This document shows, one piece after another, positions 24,701-37,165 of a DNA stretch of 64,000 bases; the first letter of the stretch is position 1, and every line of letters begins with the position of its first letter. The DNA is from Azolla caroliniana (taxonomy: Eukaryota; Plantae; Polypodiophyta), in assembly GCA_043228905.1 (NCBI GenBank), contig JBHGNT010000009.1:5518001-5582000 (forward strand). The letters are read 5' to 3'. Both the position numbers and the translations under genes were made by a program. The notes beneath the pieces were generated by a model, which made no database searches, was not told where the DNA came from, and saw only the letters and a list, made by a program, of their open reading frames with translations.

Positions 24701-27700
24701 ATCCAATACAATTAGAAGCTGGGCACAAAATGAATCCTACCATTCAAGTTTGCTGAATGAAAAACCCATCAATGTTAGTTCATTTGAAAATAATGCGGGT
24801 ATGAAACAGAAAAAGTCGGAAACTGTGTTGTCAATTTATAAGAATCCTCTTTGGATGGATGACACTGGTCCAGATGATTCGATTCAGAGCTCTGAAACTC
24901 AGAAGATATTGAATCTATTAAACATAAACGAAGAAGAATTCCTTACATTAGATAGAAATAATATTAGCTTGCCAAAGAAATCTCTTGATAATATATGGAG
25001 TACATATGAATGTGTAGGTGGATTATCAAGCCCAGTCATCTACTCTCCTATACATGAAATTGATTCTGTTGATAAAGCATTGCTAAATCCCTGTGATTCA
25101 TATAATCATGAGAGCAGTGCGATGAAGAAACTAAGAGAGATAGATGAAGAGATTCAAGATTTAAGTCTCTCTATTTTGAGATCCTCAGCATCTAAACGCC
25201 TAATGCAACAATCAGAAAGCAATGAAGATCCTGAGCAAGGGAAGAAATATATTGCTTCTGAAGATCTTGATAGCCCAATAAATGGTTTACCTTCACCACC
25301 ATTTGCAACAATCGAAGTGAATGTTAAAGGGCAAATAAAAGAAATTGCTGTCTCATGCTTGGAGAGTACTGTCAACTCAAAAAAGTCAGGAGAGAAGAGC
25401 AAATCTATTAATGGGGCTTTTCATTGTAATAAAACCTTCGATGGCAGTATTGCATCGTCCGATCAAGCTCCCAATAGTGAACTCATGGCCAACATCGATG
25501 AAGTGCTCCAAGAAAACCATGAAAAGATGACTACTAACCTAGATCAAACTAAATCTGTCGCAGTTATGCTCAATAATAGAATTGATTCTGGAGGGGATGA
25601 GTCAGGTAAAGTTATTGCATTTGGAAATAAATTTACAAATTAAATATTATGAAGAAACTGAATAGAAACTGCTAAATACTGATGTGTAACGTGTTTTCTT
25701 CAGATCCTCCACATTCGGATTTGAAGCTGAGTTACTCATTTCCTTCTCGTCAACCATTGAATAGTAAATCATCCGACATGTGTAACCACGTAAGTTCTTT
25801 GAGCTTGAAAAACAATCTGATTTAGGTATTCCAACACTCTGGATCAATATTTGAATATTAACGCGTGAGACTAAAGTAATCTTAAATAACAGATTATGTT
25901 TTAAGTTTAACCATACCAAGTGAAGTGATAAGTAGGTGTGGCGTAACGTAAGCGCTCACACTACGAGAACAATCTAATTCATGTATTCAACGCCTTCCGA
26001 TCAATATTTAAATATGCATATATAAACTTAACCAAGCTAAAAATATGTATGTCTGAAGGCAAAACAAACTAAATAATATTTGTTTATACCAAACCAAAAC
26101 TAAATCACATTAATGTAAGAATCCCAACCAGGCCAAAATAATACGTATGTGTGAGTTTCAGGACAAACCAAGCTAAATTAATGAATGTATTAATAATTCA
26201 AACCAAGACAAAAGGCTATTTATTTGTTAGTGGCTGTATGAGTGTGACGCCAAACTGAATTAAATAATGGGTGTAGGTACACCAAGTTCACAATCCAAAT
26301 GATGCAAACGATATTAGGGAAGAGGTGAAACAAGTGACATTCATCTTTTCAGAGTCAAAAGGAGCAAAAGAGATTCTAAAAAATGTAGAGCCATCATCAT
26401 TACCTGAAGGTCATGCAGGTTTGATGTCAAGTAATTGGGTCTGGTCTTTCTTCTCCAATGCAAGAAAACTTGGATGTAGTTGTGATCAGAAGAATTATGA
26501 CACAAAGCTGCAAGAGGATACAACAAAGCTGAAGAAGATAGAAAAAAGGGTTGAAGAATTGGAAGCAGAAGTTACCAAGTGTAAGCAAGAGAATAGTAGC
26601 TTACAGAAACTCCTGAAGGTAAGAAAAAACGTTAAGAATTGATTGTTGCCAAATAAGTATAAAGAGGTATAGTTTGTAAGCATTGCTTTCATTAGACTTG
26701 AGTATTAATGTTTAACTATTGAATATTACGTACTCTAATAGCATTTACCCTGCCGAGAATAATAACTTAAAGAAACGACTGAAAATAAGAACAAAACTCT
26801 TTTTAAATTAGTCGTGTACTTCAAGTTCAGTATAATCAATCAAGTATAGCCGTCTTCATCGATTAAACGCAATCCTAATGAGGTACATAGTTAACATTGA
26901 GCAAGAAGTATTGAACCTTCATAAGGATAGTCATCAAGTATTGAGTATTTACTTACGTATTAAGCATTTAATACAGGAGAACAGTAATTTAAGGAAACGA
27001 GGTAAAGTAGGAAAAACATTTAAGAATTTAGTTGCGTACTTGGAATAATAAACTACTAAGTATTAAGCATTTGAATATTAAGGAAGTTCCACTTTCATGA
27101 GATTTAAGTGTAAGTATCTAAATATTAAGGATTTTAAAGATCATTAAATGCATACCAACTAAGTGTAACGTGCCAGTGCTTGACCAGGAAAACGAAACAA
27201 TTGCAGCACGGTTTGCAAGTGAGCAAGCACGGTTTCAAGTTTTCGTTATGCAGAAAGATGAACAGGTTTTCTTTCTCTCTTACTCAGCACATACTTATAA
27301 TGGTTGCATATAAGGGAACAAGATAATATGCAAATTGTCAGTTAGGGAGATTCGCCCTTTCGTCTTCCCCGCCTAACTAGGGTCACTGCCCTCTCCTGTT
27401 AAATCGTCTTAAATGGACTAAGCCAATGGAGACAAACACAAGGTAACGTTGAATAGGTTACTGCCCTCTTCTTTTAAATCGTCTTAAATAGACTACGGTC
27501 TACGCCAATGGAGACAAACACCAGGTAATGTTGAATGTGGCCTGCCCGTATTATTTGGGTACTAGATGAGAACTCCCTTAGTATTGTAGAATGTTTTTTT
27601 TTCCAAACAAAAAACTCCTTCCATTAGTTATAAAATTTTACAGATGAGTGTTATATACAAATCCATGTAGAGATGCGATAGTTCCATCTAATGTGGATGC

Positions 27701-28150
27701 CCACTCACTCAAGAAAGGGAGAAGACGACCATTGTTGGATGAAGGCTAGTTGTTGTCTTTCAACTCCATCGGAGCCGCCCTTGAGGCCATCATATTGGCT
27801 CTTTAGAGTGGCTACAACTTCACTCCATATCTCTTGCATTAACATTATTGGATGCGTGGTTAAGATTCAATACTACTACTCTCTCTCTCTCTCTATATAT
27901 ATATAAATATAATATAATGCAAATTGTTAGTTAATTAGATTCGCCCTTTCGTCTCCCATGCCTCACTAGGACTAATGCCCTCTTCTTTTAATGCGCATTA
28001 AATGGACTAAGCCAATGGAGATAAACACTAAGGAAGTTGGCTAATGTGGAATAGGTTAAAGATCACTAAAATGTGTCTTGCTCCTATCCATTGGGTATTG
28101 GATGAGAACTCTCTTGGTATTGGACCGTGTTAGATGCCTTTATATGAATT

Positions 28151-28200
<50 letters not shown>

Positions 28201-29313
28201 TATATATATATATAGATATATAGCTATATAGGGGACTTTAGGTGGTCTATATGATATGATTGGTTATAGACTCAGAAGCAACTTATTGGCTAGATACGAT
28301 AGTGTATTAGTAATGCTTACTAAAATGCAAATATATACGAAATATGATTTTATATTGGTAATGCTTGTGCTTTAATGTGAAGGTGGTTTCATCTCTTAGA
28401 GAAATAGGTTTGATGACATATTTATTATTTAAAAGCTGCCATAATATGGTTTCAGTGGATTGATCTTAAACTGCATTTTTTCCCACAACACAAGAATTAT
28501 AAGACAAAAGGCAATATTAACAAATGCAGATGAAACAGTAGGTTTTGGCATCATCGCTTAATTTATCATCATATCAAAATGAAACTACAGTTATTAAAAA
28601 CACTGGTTTTTTTAGTGTTGGCACTATAGCTATAAGTATGTAAAACCTTGGCAATTTCATTGATGTTGGTATGTGCATAAGTGTGCCTGAGCAAGTAGAA
28701 TCCTATTGATGTATGACCTCTTGGTCGGATTGTGTTTTTTTGTCGTTTGAATCGATTTACTTCATTAACAATTTGCCAATTATGCCTCTAAGACACTTTA
28801 TGGATATTCATATGACCTTTTTCTGCACAGACGTCCCATAAACAAGAGTTTCAAATATTTAATCCTTTCCAATATTTTGATTACAGATTGGAGATCTCCA
28901 AAGAGTGATAGAGGATCTAAGCAATTATATGAAGGAGCTACAAGTTAAGGTGTGCCTTATTATTTTATAAATTTGGAACTGATTGCGAGGTGTCCCACTG
29001 GAATATATATATATATATGCTGACCCTTTGAAGAGTCCATAATCTTTGAAGTATAACATTTTCAGTGTTGAAAATGGGGCAGGTAGAATTAAACAGTAGA
29101 GACACGTATATTCCAAAAATAGAACAGAAAGAAGACCAAACGCAACGAAAGGGTGGAAGAAAGTTATGGCAACCTCAATCTCCTAACGGGCAAGCAAGCC
29201 ATATGGATCAAGAAAAGTTACAGAGGGATTTCTCAAAAAACAAAAACAGGGTTACAAAACTGCATGGTGGCATAACAGGTTCTCCAGGGCATCTACAAAT
29301 GAAAACAAGGTAA
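21711..29313 (+). CDS. Seven-exon gene for a ~1523-aa Ser/Asn/Glu-rich, probably disordered protein with a C-terminal coiled coil; function unknown
   Basis: Predicted exons 21711-22299, 22423-25605, 25704-25789, 26277-26618, 27188-27265, 28887-28949 and 29083-29313. All introns are GT-AG with consistent phases (1,1,0,0,0,0); total 4572 nt with no internal stop. Includes a 3.2-kb open exon and the heptad segment LKKIEKRVEELEAEVTKCKQENSSLQKLLK. Confidence 0.78.
27322..28130. repeat. Intronic degenerate direct repeats (GGACTAAGCCAATGGAGA core)
   Basis: 27322-27460, 27460-27585 and 27915-28125 share blocks such as TGCAAATTGT.AGTTA..AGATTCGCCCTTTCGTC and GCCAATGGAGA.AAACAC. Confidence 0.75.
27592..27860 (-). 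mobile_element. 5'-truncated LINE 3' end in an intron
   Basis: The - strand reads MQEIWSEVVATLKSQYDGLKGGSDGVERQQLAFIQQW...IRWNY, then a short UTR and an A-tail. ~190 bp is an inverted copy of 36065-36255. Confidence 0.7.
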
Positions 29314-30688
29314 TATATAGAGACACAAGAAAGAGGATCAAGAATTGAGAATCAATATGGAATGAATGAGAGTAAGTTACGCAAGAGGTCCCATTGTATA
29401 TACATTGATCGTCTTCTTTTCAACTGCGGAGACATCAGTCGCAAGGAAATCTGGATCGGCTCCTGAGTCTTGCTTTTGATGGCAGCCTTCAACCAGAAAA
29501 ATCAGAGTAATTATTATCATGCAATATATTCTCTACCAAGTGCATCTTGACCCTAATCAACCCCAATGAGAAATGTGTAAACTGATGAGAGCGTACACTT
29601 ATATTGCTGCAAAATTTTCATCACCAAATACTGATGTAGTAGATTGCTTGATCAATATGGTACATATTGCGAGGTGATTGCAACCAATTATATGCCATCA
29701 ACATTGATTAGTGCATTATACTCATAACCGGTGCCCTGTCTTGATACCGTCATGATTCAGTGTTAAATTTTAATAGTTGATTTCAAAGTTAAAGAAAAGC
29801 AGTTAATACTGAGGAAAGATCTTTGATGACTGATTCAATTCAATTTAAAGAAAGATGTTCAAAGGTTGATCTTATAGAATTTCAAAAGAACGTTCCCATT
29901 ATCATCAACAATACATACCTCCCAAATTGTACTTCTAATCACACCCTTCATAAGCAAGGTCTCACATTCATGTATCCAAATTTGTTACACATACCTTTTC
30001 AAAACTTTAAAACAATATACAGGACATCCTAGTACATTTGCTCCCTTTTCAAGTTACAAGGCAATGGAAGATTGATAATAGTGTAACCTTTGTAGCCATC
30101 TGAGTTCCTTGAGATTTGATTATTCATTAGATCAAGGTAGCAAAATGGAGGCAATATTCAATTATAGCATGACATCTGCTATCAAATTTCAACTTCCAAT
30201 TTAATAACACATTCAATTTTCATCTCCCAATTTACATCTGCTCATTTCAGCTATTGTGGTCATATTTCCATTTTTTCTTCATACTATAAATGTACAGAAT
30301 TGTGACATTTTACCACTTTACCTACTTTCCAAATTTCGAACTTTCACCTGCACCCTCTTATAGCATATATATCCATTTACTAGATTCAGCTCCTGTAGTC
30401 GCTTGAGTCCACTTGAAACTACTGTCAGCTGAATAAACTTTACCAAGAAACTACTGTCCACTGAATAAAAATTTCATTCAACATAAGAATATTGGTTCCA
30501 CTTGAGTATATGTGTAACTTACTCTTCACTAGATACTATATAAACATTGTTATATTCGGTGCCATAGAGTTGTCTCAACATTGAAAAGGAATGCATATTC
30601 CAGGAATGCTATAGCAGTTAGAAAGATATGCTTATATAATTTACCAGATCAATTAAGTTCTTGATACAATTTAGTTATTAATAGCCCA

Positions 30689-33064
30689 TTATTTGCCCTT
30701 GGGGAATTCATTCGGAGAGAAAGGGTTGGAGGATGGCTTCCTTCTAGGTATATGCCTGAAAGACTGAAGAGGAGTGTCCATTTCTATCCTACCATATGAG
30801 TTACCAGTAAATGTTGGTGAATTTAATGGATCGATATCCTGTTTTCAAAAGATACAACATTGTGAATAATCAGCATACAGTCACTGTGTGTTTTAGATGA
30901 TTGCAGCTGTGTAAATAATGATTAAAAAAAACTTTAACATCAGCTCGGATGATAATTGATGTGAACAAATCTTGTCAACAGACTATATAAAAGACTTTTG
31001 ACATGCTTATTCAATTGTTTTCTCATTTTCAGTCTCTTCCTTTGGATGTAATATATGCATTGCTGTAACATATACATTTTTTTTCCTAAGGATTCCTATA
31101 CTCACATAGCCATTTTCATTCTGGGGACAAAAGCTTGTTATAGCATGGGAACATTATCACACCACATACTTCACTGCTAGGACTTTGTGGACAAGAACCT
31201 ACAATGGACTGAGCAATTGCTCGATTATTCAAGAAGATACAAAAGGGCAAGGGCTCGACAAGGTCAATCATCCTATGAATATAAGAGAAAAACAATCATA
31301 AGTGGTAGCATGGAACGCATCTCCCCGACAAACCCAGTGTGAATGCTGGGTATGAAATCGTGTTGATGATTCATACCAAAGTGCTTTTTTCGAGTAGAAC
31401 TAGAAGTTCAATCCTTGTTCCTATAGTTATTCTCTCAAGCCACTTTTTAGTGAAGTTTGTTCACAGCATCAATAATAGCTTCGAGTCTAGGTGGACAACG
31501 CAGCATATGATCGACCATAAGTAGGTTTAGTTGTATGAGAAGCCATCCTGACAGATAAGTTTCAAGAATAATTGGTAGATCACCCGGACCTTCGAACTAC
31601 AACCATAGCTTATTTCCGCAACTGGCAATCCAAAGCCATTTCTATAACTCAACTTATATAATATCACACACTAACCAGATCAAACCCACAAACATCTTTT
31701 CAAGATAAAGTATTTGAAGAACCTCAGAAAGATCTAGAAGATATAAATATCTACCTGGTCATTCATCCTATGGAGGCCAAAACTAGACACGTTAATCCAA
31801 CTCCAACTACACCAGAATTCACCAAATAGAAATCGACGAAAAATTCTTTATCTACTTGATTCATAACATAAAAAACCACATCTTCAACATATCTTCTAGT
31901 CTAGATAAAGCCTATAACAAGAAGAACCTTGAAAGATATATCTACAAGTGCAGTCAATGTTCCAAAGATGAACAAGTTCTATCTTGACATTCACCCATGG
32001 GCAATTTTGTGGAAGCCACATCCTATGGTGGCCAAATACATGTTGTTCTACCTACAATTTTGAACAGATTTCACCAGGTGGAAACCCAAGCCGAACAGTT
32101 CATTTAGTATACTTATAACATCAAAATCACATAAAAATATCACTTTTGATGAAGGCTTTATCCAGAAAACTGGAATGTTCTAGAAGACACAAAGTTTCTA
32201 CCTGAACATCCATCCCATGCCTGCCAAAGTCAAAATTCTGCTAAAGCAAAGATCCACTAATGGAGATGCTCACTTTATATTTCCCTGACTGGAAATCGGA
32301 GGACGATTCATACACTCAACTTATGAGTTGGATCCAAAAACACGCCAAGTCCATCATTTTCTCTAAGTATGAGACTCTATCCAGATGAGCCTAAGAAAAG
32401 GTCTTTGGATGTCTTAAGAATCTTAAAGAGACTTGCAAGAATAAACTTCTATATGTTTTACTAACATCAAAACCATCAATTTTAAAGATGAAGTGAAGAA
32501 ACACCTTGAAAAGATCTACCAACAGGTTTTTTGAGTACTCTAGAAGATACAGAATTGAACTACCTGGTCATTAATGCCATGACGATGTCCAGATGCAACC
32601 TTTGGCGAATAATCATATTCTTCTTCCTCCTCTTCTTCCAGAGATTCGAACCGTTCAGGTCCATCTTTCTCAGTCCAAAGGTCTTCAGCACCTTCTTTCT
32701 GGAACCTTGCAGCGAGTTTAGTAACCTGCTCATCGGCAGAGACATAGTTGGGAGGCCTAACTCTGGACATCTTCTGCCATGGCATCTCAAGAACAGGGGA
32801 AGCAGCAAGGAGCTCAGCTCTTCTTCTCGCTTCATAGACATGCTTTTCTCTCATCAGGCGAGCTTTCTCGATCTGTTTAGCTTTCTTCAGCTGCATACGC
32901 TTCCACTGCCATTTTGAGACACCGCCGGGGTAAGTACGGGGTCCGCCTCCCATGAAATGAACAGGGCCATGGCCATGGCCGTGGGGGTGGGGGTGGAAGC
33001 TCCCATGGCGACCATGGAGGAGAGAAATCTCTAGAAGTGGTGGCTGAGTAGAGGCGATGGACAT
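30689..33064 (-). CDS. ~216-aa probably organelle-targeted protein with the MGGGPRTxPGGVSKWQWKRM domain (shared with the N-terminus of plant DEAD-box RH33/RH48-type proteins; stand-alone form, no helicase core)
   Basis: Exon 1 33064-32564 contains MGGGPRTYPGGVSKWQWKRMQLKKAKQ...VSADEQVTKLAARFQKEGAEDLWTEKDGP and ends at a CAG|GTAGTT donor (phase 0). Putative exon 2 is 30838-30689 (AACAG acceptor, DIDPLNS...FPKGK*). Exon 1 is firm; exon 2 is tentative. Confidence 0.78.
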
Positions 33065-35121
33065 GGTTACAAACAAAAACCAGTGATATTATGATTAAAG
33101 AAAGAGAAGAAAGATATACATACATATTAACTTCTTCTTCTTCTAAGACCAAATTTGGTCCATGAGACAAATTTGATCATAGTACGTAAAATTCGTGTTC
33201 GTCTAGTATAACATTCGTTTTCCTAAGTTGGAAAACGAATGCGAATGTTATCCAAACATTCTTGTTTTTTTTCCCATTTTTTAAATATATTTTTTTACAT
33301 TTTTAGGCTTATCTACCTCATAATAAAAATAGTTAATCCAAAAGTATGGTATTTATCATTCTTTGAGGATGTTTTTCTTTCGCGAATGATTGAACCATTC
33401 ACGAATGTGAATGCACGTATGGTGTGTATGGTTCATACTATGAATTTGATTATCATTACACTAATGGGGTGTGGATATGTGCATTGTGTACCCCAATTGC
33501 CCAAAAATAAAAAATAAACAAGTCAATATAAATAGATGAATTTTGAGCATGATACAAAAGATGTTATGCAGTGTAGCATGTTTTTGTAAAGGAAATGGCT
33601 ATGTGCTGAGACTAATTTCATTTTCTATCCAAGTCTCTCGAAAAGAAGGGGGGGATTGAATGGTTTTGATGCGATTGTGGGCTGTGAGAAATAGATAGAT
33701 AGATAGATTCTATTATTGTCTTCGGAGTGGGGGGGGGGGGGGGGGGGGAGGGTGTCTTAGCATGTAATTTAGTGAGTATTTTGTAACATGAAAGGTAAGG
33801 ACTTCATTGCATATGGTTGACATATAGTCACCATGTTGTAAGAGTGATTGTGTGAGATTGCTCTCATGGAGGGAGGCATCCTTCTCTACACAACTCCATT
33901 GTACCCATGTGTTATGAGGGAGAGAGATTTGTGCAAGCTTGACAAACGTTGCATGCCCATATAAGTATGTATATTGGCCATCCTAGAGAGTGTGCACAAA
34001 TATGGATGGTTTAACATTTGATAATGTGCTTATTCTGACATGGTTGATAAGGTTTTTTTATTTGTCTATGAGTGTGCTACTATTAAGTACATACTTGTCA
34101 TACGCTTCCAACAACCATCGGTTTCACATTGGTGCATGAGAGATAAGTCTACATACAATGAAAGAGAAAAAGATACATTAACCTTGAATATAGTACCCTT
34201 TGTGGCCATCCTAGAGTAACATGGCCCTGTTAGTCTATTAGGTAATTTCGTTTGATTTTTAGTTATGTTCTTTATGTGACAAGTGCGTTGAAAGAATCTT
34301 ATTCTCACATATCTATCCGTGACACTTACACGCATTTCACACACATCTACCCCTCAAATTCCATCACAAACTTTTGAGGGGGGTTACAAGGAATATGAGG
34401 AAATTAGTATCAAATTGTGGACCACGTACTTTGATTTGTATAGGTTTGTATACTTTGATTTATATTTGTTTATTTGTTAGCACAAGAGCACATCAACACA
34501 TTCGTGTTAATGTGTGCGTGTGAAATGTTTTATGTGTGCAAAGGGGTAATGTAGCTATGTGTGTCTAGTTTCAAAACATGAAGTTCTCTCCCTCCCTTAG
34601 GTTGTTGATAGAGTTCCTTTTTTGGGTGGAGGGTGGGGGTAGGAACAACAATTTGAGTAGATGTGAAGCACATGCCTAGTGTTAAGCCTAGGCTTGTCGA
34701 TCAACTATTTGAGCTACAACAACAATTGTTGTTGCATCGATGGGGAGTGGCCTTGTTGGCTCCTCCTCCTCCTCCTCCTTCCTTTAGTGCTCCTCAATAA
34801 ACAACAATTTGTTGCTCATTGACTTTAGGAGCCTTTCCTTGAGTGCAAGCATTATTCTTGGGTTTAAGGTTTAGGTGGAGGATTAACTCTAGAGTTGATC
34901 CTAGAACTGATTTGGGTTTGTCTTGAGTATGAAAAGGAGAGCTAAGGATTATTTACATGTCCCTATGTTTGATTAAGGAACTTAAGGACAATTTAGGGGT
35001 CCTTAGGGCCAATGAAGGAACCATAGGGATGATTTGGGTTTCCTAGTTTCAAATTTGGGGACTCTGGGATGATTCAGAGGTTAGAATCCCTTTTCCAAGC
35101 CAAAATTCTTTTCTAACCCTT

Positions 35122-35184
35122 GTGGGAGTGGCTCGGTGTTAGAGCATCAATCACTTGGAAGTGTGGGTTTGAATCCTACCTCCT
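35122..35184 (+). pseudogene. tRNA-derived sequence (SINE head or tRNA pseudogene)
   Basis: A-box-like TGGCTCGGTGTT, T-arm GTGGG-TTTGAAT-CCTAC with a 5-bp stem, and GGAG/CTCC acceptor pairing. The anticodon arm is shortened. Confidence 0.55.
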
Positions 35185-35759
35185 AGAGAATCATCATTTG
35201 GCATTCTTGAACCTTGTCACAGGTTTCGCTCTTGAGCATTTCAATGCGGCTTCTCATTACTTAGAATAATAACAATGTATGTGGACCTATTATCTATGGT
35301 AGCTTCTAAAGTTCGCATCTAGGTAGTTAGTTGACCTTAGTGAATATCAATACAAATAGATTTCAAGAGTGGGAATAGCCAAACTTAAATAAAATAGTAT
35401 CCAAGGATATTCCAATGACTCACCCACAATAGTCACCAATGGAACCCACCCTACAAGCCCATCTGATTAATGTTGAGAGCAATCACATTCAAGAAGTAAA
35501 TGTAGCTCTCTTGCAACAATTATTAAACTTAAGAATAATGATAAAACTCAAGGAAATGTGAAGGACAACATGTTCCATAGAACTCAAATGACAAGGGGTA
35601 CATCACATTTTATCAAGACCCATTGAAATGTCAAGGATTACATCACATTTTACCAAAACCAATTGAAATCTCTTTCCTAAAGCACTAAGGTTAGACCATA
35701 AAACTTGGTATGACATACAAATGTTATCTCCTTAATTTCTCTCTCTCTCTCTCTCGTCA

Positions 35760-36365
35760 TAATTAGCTTATCCTAGTGGTAAGTCAAGCACTACATCTTG
35801 GGTTCGATACCCAAATTTCTCACCTCTATTATATACTTCATACATGTCTCTCAATTCACTAGATGCCATTGTGTAATGTAGGAGTTGAACCCATGACCAC
35901 CTTGTCACCATTGGGAAACCTTACCAATTTTCTCTCTCTCTCTTTTATTGTAATTAGATTTTACCCTAGTGGTAAGTTGTTACACTACAAGCACTATGTC
36001 CAAGGTTCGAAACCCAATTTTCTCACCTCTCTATTACATACTTTATATATCTTAATTCAATATTATGGCCTCAAGGGCGGCTCCGATGGAGTTGAAAGAC
36101 AACGAATAGCCTTCATCCAACAATGGTCGTCCTCTCCCTTTCTTGAGTCAGTGGGCATCCACATAAGATGGAACTATCGCGTCCCTACAGGGATTTGTAC
36201 ATAATCATCTCATTTGTAAAATTTTATAACTAATGGAAGGAGTTTTTTTTTGGAAAAATAAAATAAAATCTTAATTCACTAGATGCCATTGTGGAATGTA
36301 GGGGCCCATGACTTCCCGGTCTCCATTGGGCAACCTTACGAACTGAGCTACATCCATCTGGGCTC
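35760..36365. mobile_element. Duplicated pair of convergent tRNA-derived (SINE-like) cassettes
   Basis: + strand CCTAGTGGTAAG...GGTTCGA(T/A)ACCC at ~35770-35812 and ~35964-36015. - strand TAGCTCAGTTCGTAAGG / GGTCATGGGTTCAACTCC at ~36272-36365 and ~35856-35928. Confidence 0.55.
36060..36267 (+). mobile_element. 5'-truncated LINE 3' end with an 11-bp TSD
   Basis: A-rich tail; TSD ATCTTAATTCA at 36049-36059 and 36268-36278. Same family as 27592-27860. Confidence 0.8.
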
Positions 36366-36389
36366 TCACCCACTCACACTCTCTCTCCC

Positions 36390-37165
36390 TCTTTTGATAA
36401 AAGCAAATAACTATATTAATTGTATGTAAAATCCACTTAGTTACAACGGTTCGTAGTCTCCTCTACCTATCATATGCCTATGTAGGGAGAGGGACATTAT
36501 GTAATGCTATTAAAAAACCTGAATATGCATTTGAGGGAATGATCCCCACATGCTCTAACATCCAAAAATTCCACATGAGAATACCTTTCAGCGTCTTTAT
36601 ATAGGCTTTCACCCCATGTCTATTATCAAACATTAAAGCATTACGCATATTCCAACTGTGTTGTAGACCCCAATAACGTAAAAATTGGAACAATATCTCC
36701 ATGTCATCATTTGAACCATTTTGAACATATTGAGAAAAAACCCATTGTTCAGGTCTCAAACAACAACGGGTTAAAACTTGCCAAATGTCCGATAAGTACT
36801 TCCAAATGGTACACACTATAGGACATTTAATGAACCTATGTGTACTATCCTTCAATGGAATAGTGCAAAAGAAACAAGTGCCATACCCTAGTCCTCGTCT
36901 CTTTAAGGCCGAACCTAATGGGAGCCCACCAATCATGACTCTCCATATGAATACCTTTGCACGAAATGGTAGATGGGAATGTCAACCACGTTGTAATAAT
37001 TTCCACCACCTTGCATCTGACTTACATACATTCCACAACTTCACTACTTTAGGAGATAGCCAAGATAGTGATGCCATCGCGTAATGATACAATATATTTG
37101 TAGTGACCTGTAACAAGCGTGTATCATCTTGTAACCGTCAATCCACCCAAGGTGCAAAATTTGAT
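36390..37165 (-). mobile_element. L1/Tx1-like LINE ORF2 3' fragment (zf-RVT)
   Basis: ORF 36478-36936 contains GLPLG...CFFC...DSTHRFIKC...IW and the W..RN motif. The UTR ends with TTTTATCAAAA on the - strand. Confidence 0.82.

Noticed and set aside
33728-33748. Poly-G run and scattered (CT)n/(TA)n microsatellites
   Set aside because: Ordinary simple repeats.
34662-35221. Possible solo LTR (TGTGA...TCACA) containing the tRNA-like fold
   Set aside because: No TSD and no second copy in the window.
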